This document shows positions 24,850-36,973 of a DNA stretch of 42,516 nucleotides, piece by piece; position 1 is the stretch's first letter, and each line of letters begins with the position of its first letter. Made by a program: the position numbers and the translations under genes. Below the pieces are notes generated by a model. The model did not search any database, was not told the origin of the DNA, and saw only the letters and a list, made by a program, of their open reading frames with translations. The stretch comes from Chiloscyllium plagiosum (Eukaryota): assembly GCF_004010195.1 (NCBI RefSeq), contig NC_057746.1, positions 1,323,282 to 1,365,797 of the forward strand. Direction: 5' to 3'.

Positions 24850-26170
24850 ACTCTTTGACGCCACGACTACTTACAGTACTAGCTAATAGACTGAATCACA
24901 TGACAGTCATCACATCTGCTCAAGGCTCATAACGTCCTTGACATAGTTGTAACAATATGCCCTGACAGAGAGCTTTGGGCATGAGTACTTGTTTACCTTT
25001 GAAAATGATGCTCCTTGAGACACTGAGCTCATCTCTGTAAAGGCCAGAAATATCTGAGAGTGTTTGGAACCTCTAACAATGTCAGGCCACCCTTCAATTA
25101 TAACATTAATAATGATAGTGCGGTGCCTTCAGTTATGGGGTGTTTGCTGTTTTGAATTGGCATTGTTGAACAAAATGCAATAGATTAAGAAGATCTTCCA
25201 CCTGAATATCATGTTGTCAATGTTTAATTCCAGTGGAATGCTGATATTGGGTTTGGGTTTGGCAATCTGCTTACAGAATCAAAGGTATTTGTATGGGGAT
25301 GCATATGATGGATGGTGTCATTGTATTCCAAGTCTTCACACTTATATTTAAGCTTTTCCTGTATGTGAACACCACACTATCTGGGAGGGTCAACTGATGG
25401 ATTTTTATGCTCTTTGAGGTGCAATATAGTGTCACTGTTGAAACTTCCTATGACATTAAACCTATTGTTATACAATTGTTGTAAATCCTGGACTGAGTCA
25501 ATAAGAATATTCTCTGTCTTTTCTGCTACCATGGGTAGCTTGGTGATCTGTGAGTAGTCACAGTTTTGAGAGCTGTATATACGGTAGTTCTGCCATTGCT
25601 GGTCGGTTTGTGTCCATCGGATAAAATATGAGATTTCCATGTTTAATTACTGTAGCTACATTACACTGTTAATGCAGAAATGAAAGAGATGGGAAACCCA
25701 TTGTATACAGGTAATGTCGTGGCTTTCAGTAGTACGATAGCGTTTTGATGGTCCTGGTTAATGTCCTTCACTAGGTTCAGTCAATGTCAGTCTGTGGTTG
25801 AATGTGTGCTTGCCAGTTTTCTTTGTGAAAATTATGTTGGTTGTGGAAAAACTTCCAGCAGGTTAACATCATGTGTTACATTCAGAATGTTGAAAGCCTG
25901 TTCACCGTCTGGTTGGATGTTGTTCTACTCTGGGTCTCACATCTTTTGCTGTGAGCTTGGTGTATGACCTGCATTTACACAAGTCTTTTCTGCATAACTT
26001 GCTGCTGTAACTGCATTCTGTTTGAGTGTGTCCTGTTGTAGGCTGCAGCTTTATATATAGATTTTTGAATAAGGACATTCTTTAGTACACAGACTTGGAC
26101 ATCAGGACAACTAAGCAGTGGCTGCTATAACGCAGACATGACACACAGTTTATTTACTTTGCATGTCCTG
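24850..26170 (-). mobile_element. Possible decayed Gypsy-type LTR retrotransposon gag-pol fragment
   Basis: DLQQLYNNRFNVIGSFNSDTILHLKEHKNPSVDPPR resembles the protease-RT linker; no intact catalytic motif; boundaries approximate. Confidence 0.4.
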
Positions 26171-26199
26171 GCTACAACATTAACTGTATCTAATGCCTG

Positions 26200-26570
26200 C
26201 AGATTTTGCAGAGATCATTCCCTCTGGGATACCCAGACCATTCCACAACCACCAACACCACCACCCTTTCCGATGTAACTGTAGAACGTGCAACACCTGT
26301 CCCTCTACCTCCTCCCTGCCCAAGGGCCTAAACAGTCTTTCCAGGTGAAGCAGCATTTCACCTGTACCTCCTCCAATCTTGTGTATTATTTTCGCTGCAC
26401 CCAACGCGGCCTACTCTACATTGGAGAGACCAAATGCAGACTGGGTGGCCGCATTGCGGAACACCTCCGATCTGTGCACAAACAGGACCCTGACCTTCCT
26501 ACAGCTGGGCATTTTCACACAGTGTCCTGCTCGCATGCCTACATATCTGTCCTCAGCATGCTGCAGTGGG
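26200..26570 (+). mobile_element. Penelope-like (Neptune-type) element fragment: Cys-rich linker and GIY-YIG endonuclease
   Basis: CNCRTCNTC, a frameshift, then FTCTSSNLVYYFRCTQRGLLYIGETKCRLGGRIAEHLRSV (VY...YIGET..RL..R..EH). Confidence 0.88.
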
Positions 26571-27720
26571 ATGTAGGGAGAGCTAGCTAATTGGATTAAA
26601 AAAGTGGCTTGATGGTCCAAATCAGAGGGACGTGGTTGTTTAGACGAGAGACTTGTGACCAGTGGTGTGCCGCAAGGTTTGGTGCTGGGTCTATTCTTGT
26701 TTGTCATTTATATAAATGATTTGGATGAGAATGTAGGAAGCATGGTTAGTAAGTCTGCGATGACACCAAAAATGGTGGTGCGATGGACAATGAAGAAGGT
26801 TATCTAAGATTACAACTGGATCTTGATCAACTGAGCAAAGGAATGGCAGATGGAGTTCAATTTAGAAGAATGCAATGTATTTCATTTTGGTAAAACAAAT
26901 CAGGGCAGGACTTATACAATTAATGGGAAGGACCTGGGGAGTGTTGTGGAACAGAGTGACCTTGAGGCATCAGTACATTGTTCCTTGAAAATGGTGTCAC
27001 AGGTAGATGGGAGTACACTGGATTACTACAGATACTGAGGCTCTGGTAAAGAAAATGAAGGAGGCATGTGTTAAGTTGTTTGGCACGCTTGCCTTCATCA
27101 GTCAGTGCATCGAGTACAGGAGCTGAGACATCATGTTGCGGCTGTACAAGATATTGGTAAGGCTACATTTGGAGTACAGCATACAATTCTGGTCACCCAG
27201 CTATAGGAAGTATGTTATTAAATTGGAAAGGGTGCAGAAATATTTACAAAGCTGTTAGCGGGACTGGATGGTTCGAGTTATAAGGAGAGGCTAGATTAGC
27301 TTGGACTTCTTTCCCTGGAGCATCGGAGGCTGAGGGGTAACCTTATAGAGATTTTTATAAAATCATGAAGGGAAAGGGTAAGGTAAAGACGTCTTTTCCC
27401 TAGGGTCAGGGAGTCCAAAACTAGAGGGCATAGGTTTAGATGAGACAAAAAATATCTAAACAGGAACTAAAGGGCAATTTTTTCACACAGAGGATAATGC
27501 ATATATGGAACAAACTGCCAGAGGAAGTGGTAGAGGTGAGTACAATTACAACACTTAAAAGATATTTAGACAGATATACAAATAGGAAAGGTTTAGAAGG
27601 ATATAGACCAAATGCAGACAAATGGGATTGGTTCAGTTTAGGAAACCTGGTTGGCATGGACAAGTTGGACCGAAGGGTCTGTTTCCATGCTGTACATCTC
27701 TATAATTCCAAGACTCTGTA
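26571..27720 (+). mobile_element. CR1/HER1-like LINE RT and 3' end
   Basis: VTSGVPQG.VLG..LFVIYINDLD, MEFNLEECNVFHFGK, GNFFTQRIMHIWNKLPEEVVE; frameshifted. Confidence 0.9.
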
Positions 27721-27794
27721 ACTGCAGGGGCTACAGTCTTCAACCTTGTCAATCCACTTACTTGCCACACTCTCAGTCAAACTCTGCTGACACT

Positions 27795-28180
27795 GCTGCT
27801 GCAGTGATAATGTCACTGGACTCATAATCCAGAAACCAAGACTAACAGTCTAGGGACATGGCTTCAATAAAGTAAGTTGTTAGTGGAATTTAAATTCAAT
27901 TAAAAAACCAGAAATTAAAAGCTAGTCTCAGTAATGATTGTGACATAGATTTTTGTTAAAACCCACCTGATTCACTAACATCCTATAAAGAAGGAAATCT
28001 GCTGTTCTTACCTGGTCTGGCCTGTGAATACATATGAATTCAGACTCAGGGTAAAGTCATTGACACTTAATTCCCCTCTAAAATGGCCAAGCATGCCAGT
28101 TCAAAGATAATAACAGATGGGCAACAATTGCTGGTCTCACTCACATGGGCCTCACTCACTCACTCATGAATGAATAAAAA
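27795..28180 (+). mobile_element. Diverged SINE-like element, same core as 9420-9700
   Basis: AAACCCACCTGATTCACTAAC.TCC...GAAGGAAATCTGCT..TCTTACCTGGTCTGGCCT; ends ATGAATGAATAAAAA. Confidence 0.55.
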
Positions 28181-29416
28181 CAAGGTGTGACTGCTTTCAT
28201 TATTAAAGTATTCAGGTAACTTTCTCCTTCTATGATGCTTCAGGTTCTCTGTAACTTGACTGCAGCTTATTAACTCAAAGTCAAACTTTTTCTAGCTGCA
28301 GACACTAACTGGACAAGCTCCCACCTACTAAAGTCTCAACACTTCATCTCTCCAATAGATGCTAATTAATTAATATCTTCCTTGTTTATAATTATAAATG
28401 CTACGAATCACTACTAATATTTACTTTTGTGAGTATTACCTTATTACTCTGAATAAAGCTTTACAACTATTAATAAATTTTGAGTTTCTAGAAGTTAAAG
28501 GAGGAAAATACTAACCAACCAAATCACCTGTTTCCTTATGAGAGTACTCAGAACTTGGCTGAGAAGGAAAATAAGGAGCATAAGGTGGAGGAGAAAGGAC
28601 AACTGCAATCTATGGCCAAATTCTTCACAACCTCCAAGCTCTCAGTGTTTGGAGAAAGAAAGAGAAGAAACAGCGGCAAAATAAATTAAAGACAAAGTAA
28701 GCAAAAAGAAAGGGTGGAAAAGAAGAGGGACAGACAATTGGAGACAAAGAAGCATTTATATTATAGGTTAATATGGGAATTACCAAACAAAATAGTTTAT
28801 ATGCATTTAAAACATTTCCAAAGCATCTTAAATTGACTAGTTTTCCATTGAAAATTTAAAACAGGGTTTGGTGTGAAATTCAGTTTCTCAGAATTAGGTA
28901 AATCTTGGAGCTCTGTTTTCCCAATCACCGAGATTTCAATCTTGCTGAAGATAATCACCAGTGAAAATAATCTAAACTACAGAAGTCAGAGTGTGTGGAA
29001 CATGCAGAACAAAGACAAGTAAATCTCAAAATGTAAATGGATATATATTGCAATTGGTATGATTTTGGTTTGCGTGGTGTTGTTTTAAATCTATTTTTTG
29101 CAGCATCAATACTGGGTAAGTTCAGCTGACTGGAAGTATGTTGCTGAAGACTATACGATGGACTTGGTTTTTCTCATTCTGTGAAGGCCAATCTTTGACT
29201 TAATTACATTGTTGTGAGTTTTTTGTTGGAATCTAGACTGGGTGTATAATCCACTAAACAGCCAAAGTAAATACTAATTACTTCATATTGCTTGGGATTC
29301 TACTGTTTTGGTTAAAGAGAGGCCTTTTAAGAAAAAGCCGGGGAGTTTGGGTATTACACACAGTTTATTAGACACTAGGATGAATTCAGCCCCTACACAA
29401 TGAAATCAATACTGAC

Positions 29417-29698
29417 CCCAGAATACAGTGGTTAGATCCTGCAGCCCCTCATGTTTCACATGACAGGAATACATGTCTCCAGGATTTGGGATGAAGCTCA
29501 GGTATGTGAATCTCTGATAGGAATAATCCTGTTTCATATAGAATTCCGTAATGTTGACTCCGCCAGTCACTGGCTCACTGTTCCTCTTCCATGTCATGGT
29601 AATGTGTGGAGGGAAGAATCCATCAGCCAGACAGATCAATGTGTTGGGCTGTCCCCATTCGACAGGCTCTTCAGGATACATGGCAATCTGAGGGGCAG
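29417..29698 (-). CDS. MHC class II alpha chain, gene B: alpha-2 Ig C1-set domain exon (exon 3)
   Basis: 282 nt, phase 1/1; acceptor TCTCTCTCCCACAG, donor GTCAGT. Encodes APQIAMYPEEPVEWGQPNTLICLADGFFPPHITMTWKRNSEPVTGGVNITEFYMKQDYSYQRFTYLSFIPNPGDMYSCHVKHEGLQDLTTVFW, with the class II alpha G-PNTLIC, FFPP, W-RN and YSCHVxH motifs and an NIT sequon. No stops. Confidence 0.96.
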
Positions 29699-31007
29699 CT
29701 GTGGGAGAGAGACAGGACACAGCAATAGGTACAATTAACCAATGTGTAAAATATATAATGAGCAGCTACTGTATAACTAATTCCGAATCATTAGGAGACT
29801 ATCAGTACACATCAGAAATTAGACTATTTTTATGTAGTGGATGGGAAGTTAACTAAAGGAAGAATTTATATAGTATATCCTTGGGTCCTTTACATACAAT
29901 ATGTTGTGTACATAGCAAGATCCAGAAAACCGCCAATGAAATGAAATCAATATCATTTGTATCAGATGGTCTTAGTTGGAACTAAATCTTGACTGAGATG
30001 CTGAGAAAATGGTCTGCTCTTTCTATAGGGACATCATGGATCCTTTGATAACCACCTCTGATGACAGATATGACCTCAGTTTAACATTACAATTAAAAGA
30101 GAGAACCTTTTTTTAAATCTCAAGATGTAACATTTTAAATCTAACATTGTAAAGTTCGCATTTATTGTCTATCCCTAGTTAAGTCTTGCCCTGACTTGCC
30201 TTACCAAAATGTAGCACCTCACATTTATCTAAATTAAACTCCATCTGCCACTCCTCAGCCCATTGTTCTTCAAGGTCTGATCAAGTTGTTGTTTTGGGAG
30301 GGGTGGGAGGGGCATGGGGTGCACATTCAAAAACAATGAAGAATTTCCTGGTAGGGCCATTTGTTAATCATCAACTTAACTGAAGTCACAGGACCAAGTT
30401 CCCAAAGATATTCGTGAAATCATGACAAAGCTTCGCTCAGCTGCTGCCACCAAAATTCGGAAGATATATCATTTCAGCTGGCTTCAGTCAGCCACAGCTA
30501 AACGAAGGTTTGGAATATCGAATTCCAAGCGATGGTAAGAAATTGTGAAAGTGTCTGAAACTTGTATGAAGGACTATACAGATAGTAGATAAGTCCCTTG
30601 CTAAATTTTCTAACATGAGGTTTAATGCTTTCACACTAACGAATTCAAGCATAGAAGCCTAGAAGAACAAGAACCATTATGCGCACGATGGGGAGTACGC
30701 CATGGATATTGGATGGTGAAGAAGGAAAATTAAATCCATACCATAGGCAATGGCAGGATGTTAAGAAATAGTTTTCCATTTATAGAAACCATTGCGTTAC
30801 ACAGAATAAAGCATATAATTCAATGCCATAAACCAGATTACCAGCCTCAGTAAATGGCATCACGAGATGTGGTCCTAGACCTCTGTGTACACTCGGATTC
30901 ATTGTTTATCCTGTGACACCAGAACATCCTGCTTAAGCCTGTGAACTTAAATGGGGTCAAATGATATGGAATATACAAAGAGTAGCAGTACGGTAATCTC
31001 TTAGGGA

Positions 31008-31560
31008 CATGTACAGCATGGAAACAGACCCTTCAGTCCAACTTGTCCAGGCTGACCAGATATCCTAAGTTAATCTAGTCCCATATACCAGCACTTGGCC
31101 CATATCCCTCTAAACCTTTCCATTCATATACCCATCCAGATGCCTTTTAAATGTTGCAATTGTACCAGCCTCCACCACATCCTCTGGCAGCTCATTGCAT
31201 ACGCACACCACCCTTTGCGTGTAAAAGTTGCCCCTTAGATCTCTTTTATATCTTTCCCCTCTCATCCTAAGCCTATGCCCTCTAGTTCTGGACTCCTCCA
31301 CCCCAGGGAAAAGACTTTGCCTATTTATCCTATCCATGCCCCTCATGATTTTATAAACCTTTATAAGATCACCCCTCAGCCTCCGACGCTCCAGGGAAAA
31401 CAGCCCCAGCCTGTTCAACCTCTCTTTTGTAAACTTCTATAAGGTCACCCCTCAGCCTCCGACGCTCCAGGGAAAACAGCCCCAGCCTATTCAACCTCTC
31501 TCTATGACTCAAATCCTCCAACCTTGGCAACATCCTTGTAAATCTTATCTGAACCATTTC
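31008..31560 (-). mobile_element. CR1/HER1-like 3' fragment with an internal ~76-nt tandem duplication
   Basis: [19 protein letters not shown] occurs twice (~31350-31425 and 31426-31501). Confidence 0.9.
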
Positions 31561-33496
31561 AAGTTGCACACCATCCACCTGTATCATAACTATTTTGTTC
31601 TGAGCAGGTTTAGAATGTATGGGTTCTGTTCAATATGTTTTCATATGATCAGCCTGGATTAATATGGAGCATGTGCTCAAGCAGCAAACAATGCATCACT
31701 AAATTTAGATATACATATTTTACCTGTACGATTACCAAGATTAATGAAAGATATTAATTATTCAAAAAATTGTTTCACTTTGACACAGAATAAATCCTAA
31801 AATTCAGATAAAGTCCCTGAAAAAGGGGATGATTCTTCATGTTGAGATATTATGATGACTACTGAAATCTACCTATGGATAAGAATTGCTTCATATATTC
31901 AAATAATTGTCTATTTAATTATTCCTACTAATTTATTTGGTGCAAGTAAGTCAGAAAACAAAAGAAAAAAATCAACTTAAAAGGAATTGAACAGGAATCA
32001 ATTCTCAAGTAAACACTTGCCACAGGTCACACTAACCCCCCAGTCCTGACCCCAGGTGATCAGAATATTGTTAAAATATTTTGCTGCCTAACATTTGAAA
32101 GAAGGTGCTTAGATTTAACTCACTCAAATGGGGTTAGTGAGTTTGTTCCTACCTGGAACAGACATCATAGAAAAGGGCAAAATGAAAACCCTGCTAAAAG
32201 TGGCAGTGAGTCCATTACACCAGAATCTTTGAGACATACGTAAAAAATTATTCCAAATGAATTTGGGGCAATGATTGACAAGGTTGGCTATCACACTTTC
32301 TGACCAAGGAAGCAACGTTTGCACAGGTAGTTTCTAAAATGCATCTTAATCAAGCCAAGACATAAAAACAGATTGCAAACCAGACAGAAGCAGCGGTGTA
32401 TTTATGAAGATTAAGCCTTGAATTGTGATAAAGCACATGTCCCATCAAAATGTAAATATGTTTTATTGGAAAACTGACTGCAAGGGACTTTATAAGTTGG
32501 AAAATTGCTGGGGAAGACAAAAGAGAATGGATTATTTCCTGGATGGGTCAAATCATATTTTATACAATGATTGCACAATATAATTGATTAATGCCTTTTG
32601 AAAACTATGACTTCAATATATAATAAATTAATTCATCCCTAAAATAGTATTGAAAACATCAAAAACCTGAATTACAAGTGAAAGGGGTGGGAGGGTGGCA
32701 AAGCAGGGGTATTGAGGAGAGAGACAGAATAGGGAGGAGAGAAATATTGGAGAAAAAGAGGTGGCGGTAAAGGTCTGGAGGAAAATGAGTGGGGGAGAAG
32801 GATTAGGGAAAAAGGACGGGTGGATAACAGCAATGGTGGGGGAAATAAATAGTGGGAAAGGTGTGTGGAAAGGAGTGGTGGGGAAAGATGTGGCACGGTA
32901 AGTAATGAGGGAAAAGGAGTTGGGGAACAGAATGCAGTGGATCTGAGTTGGATTCAGTTGAAATATTAACTTGGAAATAAAGTTACAATCTGAATATTTT
33001 GGTGCTACATCAGTGAAGACTTGATTTTCTGGGAGTAATATAAGCAGCTTTTTTCATTATTACGTTCCTTCCTCAACCAGTCAAATCTGCAATAGTTTCA
33101 AATCTGTTCCCATACTGTGTTTCTCCTGCTCTATCATTCACAACAGATTTTAAAGTTAATCAGTGATACATTCATTTACATAGGCCTCAGACTGTACCTG
33201 GTTTAGTATTAGTAATATGTAAGTCACACGTCTTAGTTAACAAATAATAGTTAGTTTTGTATGCAATAAGCTTAAACACTGGTGCTTAGATTTGTAACAA
33301 AGGTGTGAACTGTAGTGACTGGAACAAGGTCAGCCAGGTGGACTTCACTGACTTCATTGAGTTCAATGAGTTCCTGATTGAGGCTGTTACCTGGTTCAGA
33401 GAGCCCTGGCTGACAGATAGAAACAGGAGTGACAAGGTTCTGCTCTCTCATGGATTTGGCTCCGTGCTTGCTGCGTCAGTGTTATGTACTGTGCAC

Positions 33497-33919
33497 TAGG
33501 AGAAAGTGAGTACTGCAGATGCTGGAGATCAGAGCTGAAAAATGTGTTGCTGGAAAAGCGCAGCAGGCCAGGCAGCATACAAGGAGCAGGAGAATCGACG
33601 TTTCGGGCATAAGCCCTTCTTCAGGAAAAAATAGGGAGGAGTGACTTGGGGGAGGGGTGTTGGAAATGCGATAGGTGGAAGGAGGTTATGGTGAGGGTGA
33701 TAGGCCGGAGTGGGGGTGGGGGCGGAGAGGTCGGGAAGAAGATTGCAGGTTAGGAAGGTGGTGCTGAGTCCGAGGGTTGAGATGAGATAAGGTGGGGGGA
33801 GGGGAAATGAGGAAGCTGGAGAAATCTGCATCCATCGATTGCAGATCTGCGAAACGTCGATTCTCCTGCTCATTTGATGCTGCCTGACGTGCTGCGCTTT
33901 TCCAGCAATACATTTTTCA
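33497..33919 (-). mobile_element. PLE 3' fragment with an inverted partial terminal repeat
   Basis: 16-nt TSD GTTATGTACTGTGCAC (33481-96, 33920-35); same terminal repeat as 13163 and 14010; inverted piece 33850-33919 begins at CGAAACGTC. Confidence 0.85.
33594..33627 (-). ncRNA. Minimal hammerhead ribozyme motif, core intact
   Basis: Minus strand reads TTC-CTGAAGA-A-GGGC-TTAT-GCCC-GAAA-CG-TC-GAT; stem I is only ~2 bp by eye. Confidence 0.65.
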
Positions 33920-34186
33920 GTTATGTACTGTGCACATGTAAATAAAGGGTGACTTGGTGACATGATACCACCCTACGTGGAGTTATTTCATATACTATGT
34001 AAATATATGTAACTAACCTTCCTGAAAATTAACACGCACAGTCTAGGAAAAACAAAAAATAGAAGATCTCTCTGGATTGTTAACTGTTAAGTACTTTGGC
34101 TAGAGGACAGTTAAACTCAAGAGAAAATGATTATTCACTGAATGTCCCAAAATGGTGTTCTATGGCTGAACTCTCATTTAGCACAA

Positions 34187-34430
34187 ATAAAAACAGAAAT
34201 TGCTGGAAAAGCTAAGCGGGTATTGGCAGCATCGGTGAAGAGAAATCAGAGTTAATGTTTCAGGTCCAGTGACCCTTCCTGCAGAACTTGCTCAGTTTTG
34301 AGGAAGGGTCACTGGAAGTGAAACATTAACTCTGATTTCTCTTCACAGATGCTGCCAGGCCTGCTGAGGTTTTCCAGCAATTTCTGTTTTTATCTCTGAT
34401 TTACGGTATCCACAGACTTTTGGTTTTATT
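34187..34430. mobile_element. Fold-back PLE-type terminal repeat of another family, with decayed hammerheads
   Basis: 15-nt TSD TCTCATTTAGCACAA (34172-86, 34431-45); arms ~100 nt; TGAGGA-A-GGGTC-ACTG-GA...-GAAA-CA-TT on the plus arm and a variant on the minus arm. Confidence 0.8.
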
Positions 34431-36973
34431 TCTCATTTAGCACAAGCTGCTGGTACTGCAATGTGTTTCTGGAATGGCTGTCACTAGCTGATTTTATTTT
34501 CACTAGAGACAGAGATAGCTTCTGAAATACATATTCAGAACTCTGTACAAGTGGTAAGGATGTTTCAGGTCACATACTTTGCTGACAGAAGTTCCCATGA
34601 AAGGGAAAGTGAGCAAAGAGCTTTTCTTTTTGAGACAAATTACCACAGAATCTTTCTTGATGCTTTGTAGCATTATTCTAACCACAAACATGAAACTTCA
34701 TGCTGAAAATCTTGGAGACTAGATGTTTCCGTCTGAATCTGTTCCTTGCTCATGCAACATTGTTCCTGTTGCACCCAGTGCATTTTCCTTTTGCTAAGTG
34801 TCCTTTCCAAAAGCTGAAGTTGTATATGTGCATAGGTCCAGTCAATGTTACTATAAATTAATATTTGGACCATACATCTTTATCAAAATATTAAATCTAT
34901 AATTAATGTGTTAATAAACAAATCCTATTCAGCATAATTGAGTGAGTCAATTTGTTCCTTTGCAATTTGTTGGTGAAAGCAACCATAAAGTCAACCATTT
35001 TATAAAAGAATAAGGATTAGAATACAAGAATAATAATTAGGAATGGAATGTGCTTCAGTCACATGCGTCAACCACACTCCAGCAAACTAACAGGTCAATA
35101 TCAACCCCTGCTGCAGCACTGCACACACATCTGTTATAACACCCTCAATGATTCTGTGTCATGGGAAGGAAGAGGATATTTTCACAGACATTGGAGGTTT
35201 AATCACATCATCAAGAGGAGTAAAGTAACGAGTAGTCCTCAGTTGCCAAAATTAATTCTAGATTTCATGAACTTAGGTGAGGAAATTTCCCGCTGACTAC
35301 TAGATACCATCTTCTCTCATTTGATGAATCAATGCTTCTCCATGTTGAATAACACTTGGAGGAAGCACTGAGCTGGCAAAGACACAGAATGTGTCTATTA
35401 TAGGAAAGATGTGGATGCTTTGGAGAGGTTCAGAGGAGGTTTACCAGGATGCTGCCTGAACTGGAGGGCTTATCTTTTGAAGAGAGGTTGACTGAGATCG
35501 GACTTTTTTCATTGGAGAAAAGGAGGAGGAGAGGGGACCTAATTGAGGTATACAAGATAATGATAGATAGAGTCGATAGCTAGAGACTATTTCCCAGGGC
35601 AGAAATGACTAACACTTGCACACACATCTGTTATAACACCCTCACTATCAGTGGATTCACAACATAGCAAAATTTAAACATTCAGTGACCCTCGTAATTG
35701 TTCAGTTGTTACTCACCAGACTTTACAAATAACCAATTTTGGACACTAAGTTAATTACTTAAACAAAAATTAACAATTTATTATTAATAATGTAACATTA
35801 GCAGAACACAGATGAACTACAAGTCAATCTAATGAATATCTACCACCTAAACCCAATTTTCTTTGATCACCAACTCTGACTCACACACTGACAGACACAG
35901 TTAAGGAATACATATTTTTAAAAATAAAGAATTGTAAGTTGCCAGTTTGATAACTATTTTAACAATGACCATCAGGCCTTTAAGAAATGGAATGGTTTGT
36001 ACTACAGGTGCGAAGGACTGTATCTTGCTTCAATTCCGAGATCACCAGTCAATGCAAGTCACTTCTACAGACTTATGGAGACTTTTACTTATTTCTTACA
36101 GTTTGGGGTTCTTTTCTGAGGCCTTCCAACAAATCGATAACTGTAGAATAATTAGAGAGAGCATAACCAAAACCAAAAACACTCCTGCAGCTTCTGAAGT
36201 AACATTGCCTCCTGCTCAAAAACCCTACTCAGAGCCAGTTCACCCTTTGATTTGTCATGGACCAAACCAAACCCCCTCAAATCATGTCAAGAAGATAGTC
36301 TCGACTCGAAATCTTTCTTATTTTAAAATAAGTGTAAGACATTAGATTCTGGACACATTATGATTAGTCAAAATTGACTTTAAGCAAAGCACACTTTATT
36401 CTTACACTACAGTTAAAATAAAAATAAAAGAACTGGTTTAACTATAACTCTATCAAAATGCTTAATGAAGTCATTTTTTTTTTTACACATAAACTACTAC
36501 TGTTCCGATATTCGATAAATAGCAGCATCCTATAAATATACTTGGCAAAGGTAAATTCATAAAAACCACCAGGAGAAAATAAAATTTCAAAAAAGGAAAG
36601 ACAGAACTCAAGCTTTTGCAGCTGGATCTTCTTCCAAAATATCAGTTCACCAAATGAAAAGGAAAACCTGCAATCCCTGTGTCTGTGTATTCTTGACTCT
36701 GGTTTAAAAAAAACAAGGCTACCTAAATTGTTGAGCCCAGAGCAAACAGCTTAGCTCCAAGTTTACAACACTTGCTTTCAGAACAAACAGAACAGAACAA
36801 ATTCTTCTTAAAGGCACATCTCAGTAACAGATTTTCTTTTTTACCAACTTTTGTTGTGATTGGCTGACTAGCACATGTCCTCCCCTGATTGACTAATTCA
36901 TCATTCAACAAACTGTCAGTCCCTGAGCATAAAACATCTGGGTATTAGATTGTCTACAGTGTTCTTTGAACAG

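Larger units (their letters stand above)
33311..33990 (+). mobile_element. Solo-LTR-like element interrupted by a PLE insertion
   Basis: TGTAGTG...TTATTTCA ends with AATAAA near the 3' end; no clear TSD. Confidence 0.45.

Noticed and set aside
29417-29698. Alternative identity as beta-2-microglobulin, W-category alpha, class I alpha-3 or class II beta-2
   Set aside because: The G-PNTLIC and terminal VFW motifs, the lack of a b2m-type L.F..DW motif (here FYMKQDYSY), and splicing to a single CP/TM/tail exon with CxxGxxxG all fit class II alpha.
30437-30480. Minus-strand EMIYLPNFG resembling the alpha-1 'LPEF' motif
   Set aside because: It is flanked by in-frame stops, with no splice sites or other alpha-1 motifs.
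32124-32324. Possible leader exon (ATG...CCAG|GTAGG donor) of gene B
   Set aside because: The hydrophobic core is poor, and no alpha-1 exon lies between it and exon 3.
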